This document shows, piece after piece, positions 50,388 to 64,000 of a DNA stretch of 64,000 bases. The stretch spans positions 163,246,001 through 163,310,000 of the forward strand of contig OX597814.1 of the NCBI GenBank assembly GCA_951406725.2, written 5' to 3'. The notes below the pieces were generated by a model that saw only the letters and a list, made by a program, of their open reading frames with translations, searched no databases and was not told the DNA's origin. The DNA is from Octopus vulgaris (lineage: Eukaryota). Each line of letters starts with the position of its first letter. Position 1 is the first letter of the stretch. Both the position numbers and the translations under genes were made by a program.

Positions 50388-50745
50388 TTTACTTTTTACT
50401 TGTGGCTATGCTGGAGCACCGCCTTTAGTCGAGCTAATCGACCCCAGGACTTATTCTTTGTAAGCCTAGTACTTATTCTATCGATATCTCTTGCCGAACC
50501 GCTAAGTTACGGGGACGTAAACACACCACTATCGGTTGTCAAGTGATGCTGGGGGAATAAACACACACAAACATATATACGACGGGCCTCTTTCAGTTTC
50601 CGTCTACCAAATCCACTCACAAGGCTTTTTGGTCGGCCCGATGCTATAGTACAAGACACTTGTCCAAGGTGCCACGCCGTGGGACTGAACCCAGAACCAT
50701 GTGGTTGGTAAGCAAGCTACTTACCACACAGCCACTCCTACGCCT
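50388..50745 (-). mobile_element. Full-length SINE
   Basis: High similarity to 47296-47700. Confidence 0.92.
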
Positions 50746-52804
50746 ATTTCTGATTTCTTGTTATGATTTTCCCTACCTGTTTGAATGCTTGCTTAGTATT
50801 GCATTATCGTTTTTACTGTTGCATTATCTTTGGGAGTAAAAATTGATCAGCATAGTTGTTGTAGTTGAATTTGTAAACAAGAATTTTTTCCTCAACTTTG
50901 ATCCGATTGTAATTAATTGAGGTTGCTGATAAAATATCTGGAATCTTTTTGTTGTTTAATAATCAAAATTCTCTTCTCTGTTGGATTCCAATCTTTTCCT
51001 ACATTAATGTCTAATTTCATTGTCAATTTACAAAAAAAAATACTTAAGTGGGGCAAAATGAGTAATGGCTTAATTTTTTAATTGTAGGGTCTTTAATTAT
51101 AATCAGAAAACAACCACTTCAGCAGATCGTTAAGAAGCAATAATATATTACGTTGAGTTTTTAGATTTAGTCAAGTTTCCTCAATTTCTTGTGCTATTTT
51201 TCCGTGATCCACTCTTGCATTTTGACCAAAATATTTGAAGTTTGTCTTTTGTATGCTGAAAGGGAGCAGAGATAATTTTCTGAATTAGTGTTCTGGAAAT
51301 GTTATAGTGTTTTTAATGTATTTAGAAAAGCTGGTTTGCTTAGCTATAGTTTTTTGTAAGATAGTGAACATTTGTAAAATTATTTTCTTTTTTATCAAAG
51401 TCGAAAATGCAGTAAATATTACTCATTGTGCCCCCTCCTTGCCTCCCACACATTTCTTAGCGAACCAACAGATCATCGTTTAAATCCGCTATATCCAATT
51501 TGTTTCCCTTCTCTGTTTCAAAATACGGAGCGTTACACTTTACCCCCACTATCTTTATAGTAGCTGTTTGTCAGCCCAAAGTTGTGCCTGGTCGATCAGA
51601 TCACAGGTATTCAAACCGTAACCATCCCATCTTTTTCTTTTTCTAGATGCAGAGTGTAATTTGACGGATATTTGACTGCTATTTCTAGCAGGTCAAGCAA
51701 CTCTGCAGAGACTCTCTCGTCCCTCTCACCATTATCATTTCGTTTCTAGAGTTTAAAAATAATCAATGTTTTTTTTTTTTTTTTAATTTGGAATTCTGGG
51801 ATGGTTAGTTTTGATTCTTCGGTTCTTAATTATTTGACTCTGGAAGGTTTAAAAAAAAAAAAAAAGACCATGGTGGGATTCGAACTCAGAACCTACATCG
51901 TTAATCAAATACAGCGAATTATGCTATCCGACGCTCTATCAATTCTGCTCACTTTTAATAGTTTGACAATAATGATACTGTTTCAGAATGTGTTGTTTCG
52001 CGAACCATGAGTTTTTGTTGTTGATATTTGTATTCAAATAAAATTAAATTTAAATGTCTTTTTGTTTTATTCCACTTTTAACGAGTTTCCATTTTCCGCA
52101 GTTTAGATGTCATTTACCTTCTTGAAATAGTCCTCATTAATATTAATTAATGTTTGCATATTTAATGCTGTGAACTTTCAAATGCTAGCTAGAAATAAGT
52201 ATGCAGTGAAAATAAAGATATCAAGCAATGGCTGATTTTTTTTTTCCCCGGAAAGGAGACGACTATTTCTTTCAACTTCTTCACAAAGTTGCTTAGCTTT
52301 TGATGTCTTTGCTCATTAAAAAAAGAACTGTGGGAGCATGTGCTCTCTCTACCCCCACAAACTGAATACTGTTGCATATAATTTCGAAATTACTTTTTTA
52401 ATTCCTTAATTATAAATAGCGATCTACTTGCTCTCTCATATATGCGCCTGGATAGTAACTACACATTGATAACTACCATTTAAATATACTGTTGCAAAAT
52501 TCAGTTACAGACTTAAACCTGTTGCCGGCCACTCTATTTTGTATCATTCGAACCATGGTTTCTTTCTCCTTTATTACCCTCATCACTCTCGCTTTCGATG
52601 TAAAGCAGTTATGGGCGCTGCCCTTCCTTCTCTTATTCAGCTATAGCAAAAAGAACAGAGGATATTTCAAAAAAAAAAAAAAAACACTTAGTAGTTACTT
52701 GAGTCATTCAACAATATAACAGAATGTATTTCTTTTACTGCTGGTATGAATTAAACAATTGTACATTATCAGCTTGCTGCACTTTGTCCTGTTCGAAACC
52801 AATT

Positions 52805-52918
52805 TTCTACTCTAGCTATTTACCACTTTAGGTCAGCTCTTAACTATTTACTTCATAATATTCTACTCTTAGCTATTTACCACTTTAGGTCAGCTCTTAA
52901 CTATTTACTTCATAATAT
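52805..52918. repeat. Tandem duplication of ~56 bp
   Basis: TTCTACTCT(T)AGCTATTTACCACTTTAGGTCAGCTCTTAACTATTTACTTCATAATA occurs twice. Confidence 0.95.
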
Positions 52919-53619
52919 TTGGCCTAGTTTAGTTCCGGTTTCGACCATTTATTTTTATTGCGTATATATGCCATTTCAGCTGTCATTTCCTACCTAGCTC
53001 ATTGGGACATTTTTTTTTTATTCTTTCATTTTCTTAATCCAGCTTGTAATATCCTGCAGCGGATAGCTTACCCGTCATATACTACACTCCTGTCTAATAC
53101 GTTTGTATTATAGCAAGCAAATGAGCCTCAGTTTGGTTGCTCAGCCTGCTAAAAATAGCAACTAAATCTTCTTGAAAGCTCACTACTTTTCAAATAAGCT
53201 AGTCCTAGACATACATATTGTCTGGGGGTGGAGTGGGGGGAGTAGATCAAGTATAGAATGTGTGATTGTAGATATCTTCGATCAAAGCTTATCAGGAAAT
53301 AAACAAAATCTATAGCAATCTCCACTCCGCTCCTCCAAGTTTTCTTTTCTATTGAAATTCTTTCATGCCGTACTGAATATTTAATGAAAATATAAGTTGC
53401 ATGAAGAAGAAGAAAAAACTCAATAGTTTGTTGGCAAATATAAAAGCTTAAATAAATAAATGCAAAGAAAACAGGATAATGGATTTTTATCTCTTATATT
53501 TTTCGTGATTATAAGGTTTCTTATAATCAAATAATTTCAATTAATTTTCGAAGTAATGAAGAAGCTCTTCAACATTAAAATTTTTTTTTCCATATTTTCA
53601 GGTTTTTAAGCTTATTTGG

Positions 53620-53681
53620 TTTACAAATTGGTGATCTAAAATGTAAAACATTTACAAATTGGTGATCTAAAATGTAAAACA
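53620..53681. repeat. Tandem duplication of 31 bp
   Basis: TTTACAAATTGGTGATCTAAAATGTAAAACA occurs twice. Confidence 0.95.
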
Positions 53682-54147
53682 ATACACTCTGAAAATATGT
53701 TTAAAAATTGCGTAGTCTAATCAATAAATTTTATAGATAAACAACATAAATAAACAACCTCTATTCTATAATTATATTATAATTCTTATAATATCTCGTC
53801 TCTAGTGCTATCTTAGTGTTTCGTTTGTAGCACATACAGTCCTGAGGTTTATCTTGCTTCCAGCTAAATTTATAATTTATCTAACCTAAGAAGTTTCACC
53901 CTTCTACAACTACAGGGATGGTTTAGGAAAACAAAAACCACTTACTTTCTTGTTCTATTAATAAACATCACACACAGAAGCAACATGCCTGTGCCTTCAC
54001 ATATACGAATAGACACATGCTCTCTCTCACTAACACAAGCTCACACTTTTCTCTTTCATGGATAAAATGGAAATTAAGCTCTGATTGAGAGTTCAATCAG
54101 AAATTATTTTGAATGGAGGATTGTTATATTTTAAGATTACATTAACT

Positions 54148-54294
54148 CGGTGGTTCTCAACCTTTTCACTGTCAAGGACCCCTTTTATTTAAATAATTTT
54201 TCCCGCGGACCCCAGGATATTGAAAGGTCTGTCTGTTTAACATGTTCATAGATCCTCAGTACTACCTTTGCGGACCACAGGTTGGGAACCACTA
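54148..54294. mobile_element. hAT MITE
   Basis: TIRs CGGTGGTTCTCAACC / GGTTGGGAACCACTA; 8-bp TSD CATTAACT vs CATTAGCT. Confidence 0.85.
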
Positions 54295-55284
54295 CATTAG
54301 CTTACAAATTTATTCATTAAATTTGGATTAAATCGCCAACTATGTTGCATCTTTATTATTTGTTGATATTTAAATGTTTAACTGCAGGTGCAACTGGAGA
54401 AACCCAGTTTCACAGCTCCTATGTTTGCAATAACTTTATGGAGAAAAGAAAATAGGCTTTGATACAAAATCATAAGTTGTTCAATATTCTGTGATTGGAC
54501 ATTAATTACTATGGTTTTGGGATTACGCTCACTGCATGCATCATCAATAAGTGTATTCTATCACATCGTTGCATCGTCCTTTAGCCTTGTAAGTGAAATT
54601 GAGTACGCAGAAACTGTGCAGAAGACTATCAAATGGATTTCACCTATTCTTCAATTTAACACCATCGCCTAACCCTTAGCTGATTTTATTCCAGTTCCTT
54701 CAGGAAAACATAAAACCTTGACTGATGCTTTTTTTTCCCTCATGAAATTAAGCCATATACAAAAAATGCGATATATATGAGATTCATAATTGTTATTTTA
54801 CAATCGTTTTGGGTTTTTTTCCCCTTTATACATCTCAATCTCATTTCATTTGTGAAACCCAACTTTCTTAAATCTGCCTCAACTACATTCTTCATTCTTA
54901 GATTCTAAATTGTCTGCTAATCTGGTTGCAGTCTTTATTTGTAATTTCTTCTCTGAAGTTGTTAGATCATTTTGAAAATGACCCAACTGAACTCTATGAT
55001 GTAAAAATTTTTATGTTAGAAATATTGTCTTATTCTTAATGTACCTTGTGTTTTTTCTGTGTTGTCAATACAGTTTCCTCTTTCTTCCTTGCACACCCTC
55101 TGAGGTTTGACACCCTTTCCTGAGATTTATGAGACTCCTGATAGCAGATTGTGTGGGCTGATGTGTGCAACTAAAAATCTATATTGTTGACAGTTATATA
55201 TTTGCTAGTGGTGCCTTTCCTTGTTGCCTTGGTCTTAGCCACAACATTCTCACTTACATGTATGGTGTCTAATTGGTGTCAATT

Positions 55285-55896
55285 TCTTTTAGTAGGCCTG
55301 AAAGAAATGAAGCCAGCGTACTCCACTAGATGGATAATGTCAGTATGCATATATGACAGAGTGTAAATGAATTGAGAGAAAAATTGGGTATATGTGGCAT
55401 CACCAGATGTAGTGTGCAAGAAAGAAGATTGTGCTGGTATGATCATGTGATGCATATGGATGAGGACAGCTGCATCAAGAAGTGCTGATCCTCTAATTGT
55501 GGAGGGAACGTGCAGAAGGAGTAGACCCAGGAAGATGTGGGACAAAGTATTACGAAAGGATCTCCAGACGTTGGGCCTCATAGAGGGGTTGACAAGGGAC
55601 CAAGACATCTTGCAGTTTGCTGTGCTTGAGAAGACATGTCAAGCTAAGTAAAATTGTGGCTGTCCTCTACATCTCTCTTCAGCTAAGTGATCCTAATCTT
55701 GTGGGTTTATAGGTGCTGGTGCCATATAAAAAGTGCCATGTAGAAGTGTCTGTGCTGGTGCCACAAAAAAGTACCCATACACTCTGAAAAGTGGTTGGAG
55801 TTAGGAAAGGCATCCAGCTGTAGAAACCAGCCAGATCCTGTCAAACTATCCAACCCATGCCAGCATGGAAAAGAGATATTAAATGATAATGATGAT
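55285..55896 (+). mobile_element. RTE LINE 3' fragment
   Basis: VEGTCRRSRPRKMW...TRDQDILQFAV plus the shared RTE tail. Confidence 0.88.
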
Positions 55897-58800
55897 TAAA
55901 TATTATATGGCGTCTTTTCCCTGAAATATCTTTCTCTTGACTATGACATTTAATGATATCTAATGTCTTCTCTTGGGATGATTTTCTTGTAGACAACACT
56001 CCCACAGGAAATGTTTTCTCTCTCACTGATGTATCATTTTAGACTATCTCAAAGACAAGCCTCTGCATGCATTTTGTTCTGATCTTGGTAGCTCGCCCCT
56101 CAGGTATAGGTAACAAATCATTTGGACATGTTGAGTTAGACTTGTGTTTTCTTCAGGAGACAATCTACCTCTCATCCATTTAGCACAAATGAATCTGAAA
56201 CTAAATACCAACCTTTAAAAGTCATGTGGGGCTTTGAAACGATTTACATTTATTTGCATTCATTTGAAGTGTAAGTTAATGAAGCTTGAAACTGAGCTCC
56301 CTGTTTCATTGAGAAGTCTTACTATGAAGAGGGAGTTTACTAAATCATGGGTATGGTAGAGGATTTGATGTTATATTGGTGATAGAGAAGTTATAGGGTT
56401 ATAGTCATAAATGTATGTGTAGTCTATTAAAGGTTTTTATCCTTTGTAAGCTTTTCTGTATGTTTCAAAGTTAGAAATCAGTATTTCTAATTGTTATTTT
56501 TTTGTGGATGTACATACGTATTTAGGTAAACATTCTTTGTTTGTGTAAATGTTGTAAATATGAACTTTATACATGTGTATACTTGCATTTGTGTGTGTGT
56601 GTACCATATAGTTATTTCTTTTATTTATTACTATTCATTTTATATCTAAACCAATTACATTGATTATTGGTTTTGTATTAAATTTGAACTTTGTTTCAGC
56701 CAAGATGCTCATTGCATATCAACATTAGGAAACATAAATTAGTAGGTCTATAACATAGCTATTTCTTCTAGTCTAAAGGAATGAAAGGTCAAATTGACCC
56801 TTGACTGATTTAAACTAAAACCATAAACCGCCAAAATTCTTCAACTGCTTTAGTCATATATATATATATGTATGTGTGTATACTCAGTATCTTTTGTTGC
56901 GAAGTCGGTTGTATTAAGGGTTTGTATTACTGCTTCATAACCATTGGTCCCCTTTTTAATAAATATAACTTAACCCTTAACAGTTACTAATCATTTGCTC
57001 TTCGCATCTTGTAGTAGTAAGTAGTACTATTGCTCCTGTATTTAGAATGGTTCTTTATCTTTACTTTACAGAATGTTTTCTTATGCTCAAGGGAAAAACC
57101 ATTTGCCGATGAGGCAAGCCTGGCATCGCAAACTACTTCCAACCTTTAGCTAATTATTGCTCCGTTCTCTTTCTCTATTTCTTTCAGTTTGCCTGCCCAA
57201 GATCACCCCCTCCTACTCTATTCCTACACTGTTCTCCCTGACTTTCTTGCTGTTTCGTTGCTTAGATTCCATAATAAACACCCAACGCATTCCTGCTTAA
57301 CAGTCTCATATTTTCCTATTAAAAATTACTGCATTCTGTTATAAATAGGGCCTATATACATATATATAATGCCATGCACGCCTGCTTTTCTACTATAATT
57401 TCATAATTTCAAGGGAAAAATTATAAGACACTTTTTACAAATGTAAATATTCTTCGAATGAAATTGAATGACTTCAAGCATGTTCGATTTTATTTGTATT
57501 TCTAAAGCTATAAATCACTGTAAATTTATCTTCCGTTGTTGTTAATTGACAAATACATAGTCCCCAAAACCCCAAATCACAGTCAATGTAAATATAAACA
57601 AAAACAAAACGTTAAAACATTCTTTAAAAAAATAAATGAAGAGGTGTTAATTAGAAAAATATAGAACAGCGCACTAACCATAAGACCTTATTATACTAAA
57701 CTGAAAAGCAGGACGTCGCCAATCTGCGAGGGCTTGTAAAGGTTAAGGTACTTTCCCTCGTTCTCCAAGTAACCATTCAGTAAAATTAATACATTTGCTT
57801 TGGTACGCTATAATTTAATTTACCTGCAAGCCTTACAAGTTGTCTCCCTTAGTTGTCATTTGCCTCCCTTCAGTGTAATTCGGTCTATTGCCGTCATTTC
57901 TAATTATTTTCGCAAGTCAACGGTGTAGTACCTATTAGGTTCCTCATCTCTTAGAAGTGGATTCAAAAAGATTAAAAGCGAAGTCGATTCCGGCGGGATT
58001 TGGACTTAGAACCCCTGGAAAAAATTCCAAGCAGCATTTCTTCCTTCGCGCTAGTGATTTTGCTAATCAAATGTAGTCCTTGCTGACAGAGATTAAAATA
58101 CGAGGAGGTTTTACGGTTGAAAGGTCTCTGATAATAAATGGGCTTGATCATGTTTGACCTAGAACCAAACAACAGAGGCATAATTAATGATTAGTTTCTC
58201 CACCCCGATTTTATTTCATTATAACAATCTGAAAAATGCATATTTTTATATATGAAATTTTGCGGAGATACGTTTTTGAGATTGTAGATTATAATGCTGA
58301 TAAAATTTAGAAAATAATTTTGGTGGAAAGGTCGTTTCAGAGCATTATTCCTCCCTCACCTACAACTTTGTTACCAAACAATACTAATTGCTTTAACATT
58401 TTCACTTTTTTTTTTATCGGATTTATATGTGAAGTATCAACACTACGAAACCTAGTTTCCGAAGGTATTTCTACAGAACGCCTTTGAAAAAATACGTATT
58501 TTAAAGATAATCAAGAAGAAACAAAGTCAGTGTGGGGAAAACGATCTGTTAGTTAATGAAAAAAAAATTTTTTTTTTGACACTCTCCTTCCTAGACAGTG
58601 GGAAATTACGTAGGGCGCTCCAAAGTGTAATCTCTTCAGATGTGCATGTTCTAAATATAAAAAATTATGAATTTTCCACGAAAAGAAAAGTGGGACGAGC
58701 TTTTGTCCTTCAGCCTTTTCTGTAAATTTTCATTTTGGCAGTTTTTGAATTGGGCTGCTATTTCTAGGTCACGCGGCCACATAGAGGCTTCTTCTTTTGC

Positions 58801-61800
58801 TCTGAACATGGAAAGAAAAAGCATAATTGTATAGTTGTATCCAACAATCGTGACAAGATCATTTGCCTCTTTAATTGCTTTTACTTCAGTTTATTAGGAT
58901 CAATAAGTGAGTTTTACTTTGTTCTAAAGTAAGCATAAGAGAAGGAATTGCAGCGGGGAATGGAAATAGAATTGAAAACTGCAAAAATAAAGAATTCAAA
59001 AAATAAAATTTTAATTACACATAGAGGATCGGAAATATTAGTGTTTTATTCACTAATTTTGTTTAATGCATTTCACCAAAACTTCCGTCACCAAACTTTT
59101 AATCATAACAGAATTGAGAATGTAGAAATTACGTAACTGACCCAGTTGATTAATTTCCGTCGTCATTATCAAAATACAAACAAATACTCACTTTCGCTCT
59201 GACAGTGAGATGACAACTATCTCTCTCGGTTGAAATGTTATGTCTGCGTTGGGCTTGTAATAGGCAGTGCACTGAATAACCCTGTCCCTACTTTACCCGA
59301 CCACAAAGTAGCTATGGTCACCTGGTAATTTTCATTGAACTTATCAGTTTTCCATGACATTTGACATGAGAAAGTTTGAATTAACATATATTGAAGGTAT
59401 AGCTCCTACAGCAAAATAAATGTCTTTGTTATAGCTTCGTATAAAAACAAATAGATGAGCCGTTAGATCTGCTGTAAATATATCCAAGTTTCATGACAAC
59501 ATGCCTTGAAACTTCTGCAGATGCTTTCTTTCTTTGTAGCATCACTAAGATTCTCCTTCAAATTGATTAATAATTTATGTGTAGGTCTTAAGTGAAATGG
59601 AAAATAGAAATAACAGAATGTAATTAGTTTCTGTATAACGAGTAACAAGACTATGTTCATGTGTGTGTGTGTATATATATATATACACATACATACACAC
59701 ATGCAAGTGTGTACACCTATTCATGTATATGCACATGCATACAGACATACAGACACAGACATACACACACACTCACACACATGATGGTGGAGGTGGTATA
59801 TCTCTTTCATTCAGTGGTGAAGGTTCAGCTGTTTGATCCACTGAACTTCTTGCTCTTGAATTATCATGTAAGTGGTTAAGCATTCCACAGAAACATGTAC
59901 CCTTAATGTAATTCTCGGGCAAAATCACTGTGACACAATTTAAGGCAAGGCTGTACTTTTTGAATTACAGCTAAAACTTTTGAATAATTTGAGTGAAGCT
60001 GTAATATATTGAATTAATTAAGGCTTATATTTTTTTCTGATACTAACTCAGGCACTACTAACCCCCTCATTCCTCCACCTTTTGTTAACCTTATCGCATC
60101 TAAATCCACCAGCTCCACACAAACCGCTATGTCCAGGCTTTACTCTCCAAAATATCAGTCCTTTGGAATCTCACCCTTGCTCTTGAGTTTCCTGCACGTA
60201 TTGAGCTGCAACAGTTTACATCGAACGTTAAAAGCATAAAGCTTGCCTGTCTTAGATGGCCTGCTGAGATCATGAACATTTGTCCTCAGACTCAGTAACT
60301 AAAAACCACACACAAAAAAAGTTTTAAACAGATCTCTTATCAAATTTTTTTCCAAATTATTGATAAAATTTTCACTTCCTCATAATAAATTTTCTAGCAA
60401 TATAATTTTCAATTTACTTAATTAAATAGCTATTCTCTTTCAATATGACCATTTTAGATATAACGCTGAAATATTATTGTAAAATTCCCATCTTTTACAA
60501 CTAAACTATATAGTCTATTCTTATATGTCTTTACCCATTATTATTTTAATTTATAACTTTTCTCTTACAGGTTATACTGTTTATTTTCAGTAAGGACCAA
60601 AGGAATTTGCAACCAAGGTTTTCAGTTTTTTTCTTTATTATTTCTTTACTTATTTGTAACAGATGTTTTTTTGTTTTTATCAATCATATATCAATCTATT
60701 CTGGAATATGAGGACATTGTTTTTATATAATATTTCAAAACATATACCACCAGGACATAACAGCTTACCACAACCCAAGGAATATATTTTTCACAACAGA
60801 ACTCCATAAAATATAAAAATAATGCTTAGAGTAACAACATTTGTTTACATGAGAAATAATATAGTGCAATTTAAGCCTCAAAAAAATTCTCAGACAAATC
60901 AAAATATATATGGAAGAATACTTATCGCTTGTCTAGTTTCTGGAACCATTTCTGAAAATCATTATATCATATTGGGCTTTGTAAATAAAACTGCTGTTTC
61001 ATACTGGATTTTATTTTTCATCATGTAGTACCAATGGTGAGCAGAGTTGGAGAACAAAAGAATGTTTTGGATATATTACACATTTTGTTACTCATATTTC
61101 TGTTGAAATACAGACTTTGTTTCTAATTAATTCTAGAAATAATGAAGAATTTGTTATAACTTCGTCATTATTAAGCTGGTGTTTGGAACTTATATTAACA
61201 TGGAATTTTGGAAGAAATTTAGATCACTTTAGAACAGGAAATTTGTATTATAGAAGTAAGGGTGGTCACAGGTTGTTGGTATCAAAAAGGTTAAATCAAA
61301 TTCTAAGATTTCGAGACTCCAAGAAAGAATGCCCTTGTGTTTTGAAAATATGATACTCAAAATGAAGTATATAGTATTTAAAAACATATCCACATGCATA
61401 CACACAAAGACAGACTAGTTTAGTGTCTGGTAAAAATGATGGGTTTTATTTCTATCTCATTGTATTTTTTAATGTTTTTCTTCGAAGCTTTGTTCCATTT
61501 TCCTGTTTTGTGTGTGTGTGCATCTGTTTCACTCTCTTATTTTCTTTTAGTGAAATTCTGCCTCTACCTCTTCTCTTTATTTCGCATTGTCTCCCCTCCT
61601 TCATTTTGATATCATACATATATTTTTCTTGCTCTCTCTCTCTCTCGCTCTCTCTCTTCTTAACCCTAACATTCACCCATTCTATATCTCTTATTCATTA
61701 CACCTCAAATTCCCTCTTTCTAATGAGCTTATCTTAATTCTGCTTCTCCCTATTTATTTCTTCCACCCTTTCACTGACTGTTCACTCCACTATTATGTGT

Positions 61801-62296
61801 CTGCTGACAATTTCTCTTTCCTCAACCTACTCTCTAAATAATATCTTACCTATCTATTTGTCTATTCTACTTCCCTCCATTTATTTCTCTCTCTTCCACT
61901 TCTCTCAACACAGCCACTGATTTCCCCCTGCATTACTGAGAGAGGGTAACCCACAAACAAAAAAACGCATATGACTTTAGGGTTTTTATGTACTAAGACA
62001 TAAAAATGCATAAAAATCAGTACTTGAAGAAAAATAATAGTACTCTATATCTCCAAAAATTATATAGCAAAGTTCATTATTTTGACTCGTTTGTATGCCA
62101 TAGGGCTAAATTTGTATTTGCTGGAGATGCATGTGGGAAAATTGTAAGTAAATTTACTTGCATACTGTATATATTCCTGGATAGGTTGCACCCTTAGTTT
62201 GGGGTTGTCAAAATATGTATTTGTAGTTGACTCGCAGATAGGTTGCATTATAATTTGGTGGGTTACATCGCCCTTTTTTAATGTAAATATAACTAA

Positions 62297-62692
62297 TGCC
62301 ATGGCTGTGTGATAAGAAGCTTGCTTCCCAACCACATGGTTCTGGGTTCAGTCCCACTGTGTGGCACCTCAAGCAAGTGTCTTCTACTATAGCTTCTGGC
62401 CAACCAAAGCCTTGTGAGTGGATTTGGTTGATGGAAACTGAAAAAAAGCCCATCGCATATATATATATATGTAAATATTTGTGCGTCTGTGTTTGTCCCC
62501 CACTACGACCACCACTATTGCTTGACAACCGATGCTGGTGTGTTTATGTCCCCATAACTTAGCGGTTCAGCAAAAGAGACTGATAGAATAAGTACTAGGC
62601 TTACAAAGAATAAGTCCTGGGAGCAATATCTTCGACTAATGGTGATGCTCCAGCATGGCCACAGTCAAATGACTGAAGCAAGTAAAAGAAAG
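62297..62692 (+). mobile_element. Near full-length SINE
   Basis: Same family as 47296-47700, opposite orientation. Confidence 0.92.
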
Positions 62693-63225
62693 CAATAAGA
62701 ATTTGAATCTATGTTGTCAAAAAGACAATACTCAAACTTCCAGTTTCTACGTTCTAGTAAACAGATGTCAAAAAAAATGTTTCCATAGCAACTTGGAAAC
62801 TGAAAAGCCCAGGCCCAGGGTACGCACCTGGACTACTGAGACGCCACTGTCTACTTCAGATCCCTGAGATGTTTGCACCTCTGATTTTTATTGAAATTTT
62901 TGATTAAAAAATGTGTGACCTATCTGCGAGTATATACAGTATGTCTAGTAAACATACATTTAGCCTTGGTCTGCAAATAAATCTCATCATTAAGCCACTG
63001 CGCCCCTCTCTGCAGAAAGAACAGAGAAACAACTTGACTAGTTTCACCTGGTTATTATTACTGATTCATTAAAAGTATTTACTTCACTTGTCATTCAGAG
63101 TGAGAGATAGGTGCTAGTTTACAACTACCTACCAGAAAGGTGATAAGCAGCACTCTATTTACAAATTTTCATACAAGTACGTTCGTTGGGAATGAATATT
63201 AATTAGCTACAGTACTGAGACAGTA

Positions 63226-63447
63226 TAGCGGGCAGAATCGTTAGCATGCCGGGCGAAATGCTTAGCAGTATTTCGTCTGCCGCTATGTTCAAAATTCTGC
63301 TGAGGTCGACTTTGCCTTTCATCCTTTCGGGATCAATTAAATAAGTACCAGTTACACACTGGGGTCGATGTAATCGACTTAATCCATTTGTCTGTCCTTG
63401 TTTATCCCCTCTATGTGTAATCCCTTGTGGGCAGTAAAGAAATAAGT
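63226..63447 (+). mobile_element. tRNA-derived SINE (second family)
   Basis: GGCAGAATCGTTAGCATGCCGGGC head and central GACTTTGCCTTTCATCCTTTCGGG...AAATAAGTACCAG block. Confidence 0.8.
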
Positions 63448-64000
63448 GTGTTTATACACAGCAAAATAGTTACTGCATTGTGAACATTGTTGCACCTGAT
63501 CCTGATTTGATACAGTGGTTGTGTGGCTCCTAGGGCCATCATTGTTGATGGAAATGATACTGTGAAAAAACTCACAATATTACTGTTTTTTAGCATAGGA
63601 GATTGTTTGCTGGCTGTAGCAATAGGTTATGAAGTTCACACAAGTCCCAGCTCATCAGAACTTATTGGGATGCTGTCACTGAGTATGAGAGAGGTCAATT
63701 TGCAGTAGCTTGTACATTCATTCCTGCACATAGTTTATTTCAAATAGATATACAAATATCCAACAAATGTATTCAATAAAGAAAAAATATATGTATGTAG
63801 TTATTCTTCTGTCTATTTAAGCCAGTATGGTATGGCCCTGCTAGGTCACTGTCATTGGTATTTAGTGACTGATGTAGCTTGAGAATGCTTTTTTAGCATA
63901 TTTTGTTGCTTTTGGAATTCATGTAGGATCTGATGCAACAAAATGTCTAAGTGTTGTTTGTGTTGACATCTATTCCATGTACACTTCTTAAGAGGCACTT

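Noticed and set aside
57071-57118. Candidate exon after TTTTACTTTACAG
   Set aside because: Only a weak GC-type donor, no recognisable protein, and phase compatibility is unconvincing. Similar lone acceptors at ~49695, 52100, 53601, 54388 and 60570 also lack support.

Overview
AT-rich, microsatellite-laden animal genomic DNA. The tRNA-derived SINE families and (GAT)n-tailed RTE LINEs resemble those of octopus/cephalopods (recognition, not a database result). Most of the window is transposon material: a near-intact Naiad-type Penelope-like element (PLE), Neptune- and Naiad-type PLE fragments, and Dong/R4, HERO, Tx1/L1 and RTE LINE remnants. There are also mariner and Helitron remnants, hAT/piggyBac/pogo MITEs and many SINEs. 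The only host-gene signal is a probable first coding exon at ~21.2 kb on the + strand, apparently followed by a very long intron. The most interesting signals are: (1) two unrelated non-coding, highly self-complementary 358-400-nt units carrying minimal hammerhead ribozymes and inserted in (TA)n, resembling retrozymes or non-autonomous PLEs; (2) several more variant hammerheads at PLE 3' ends; (3) a 5' junction of the Naiad element that preserves a poly(A) tract plus 24 nt copied from just after an internal AATAAA, suggesting a template jump onto a prematurely polyadenylated, endonuclease-less transcript. All folds and alignments were done by eye.
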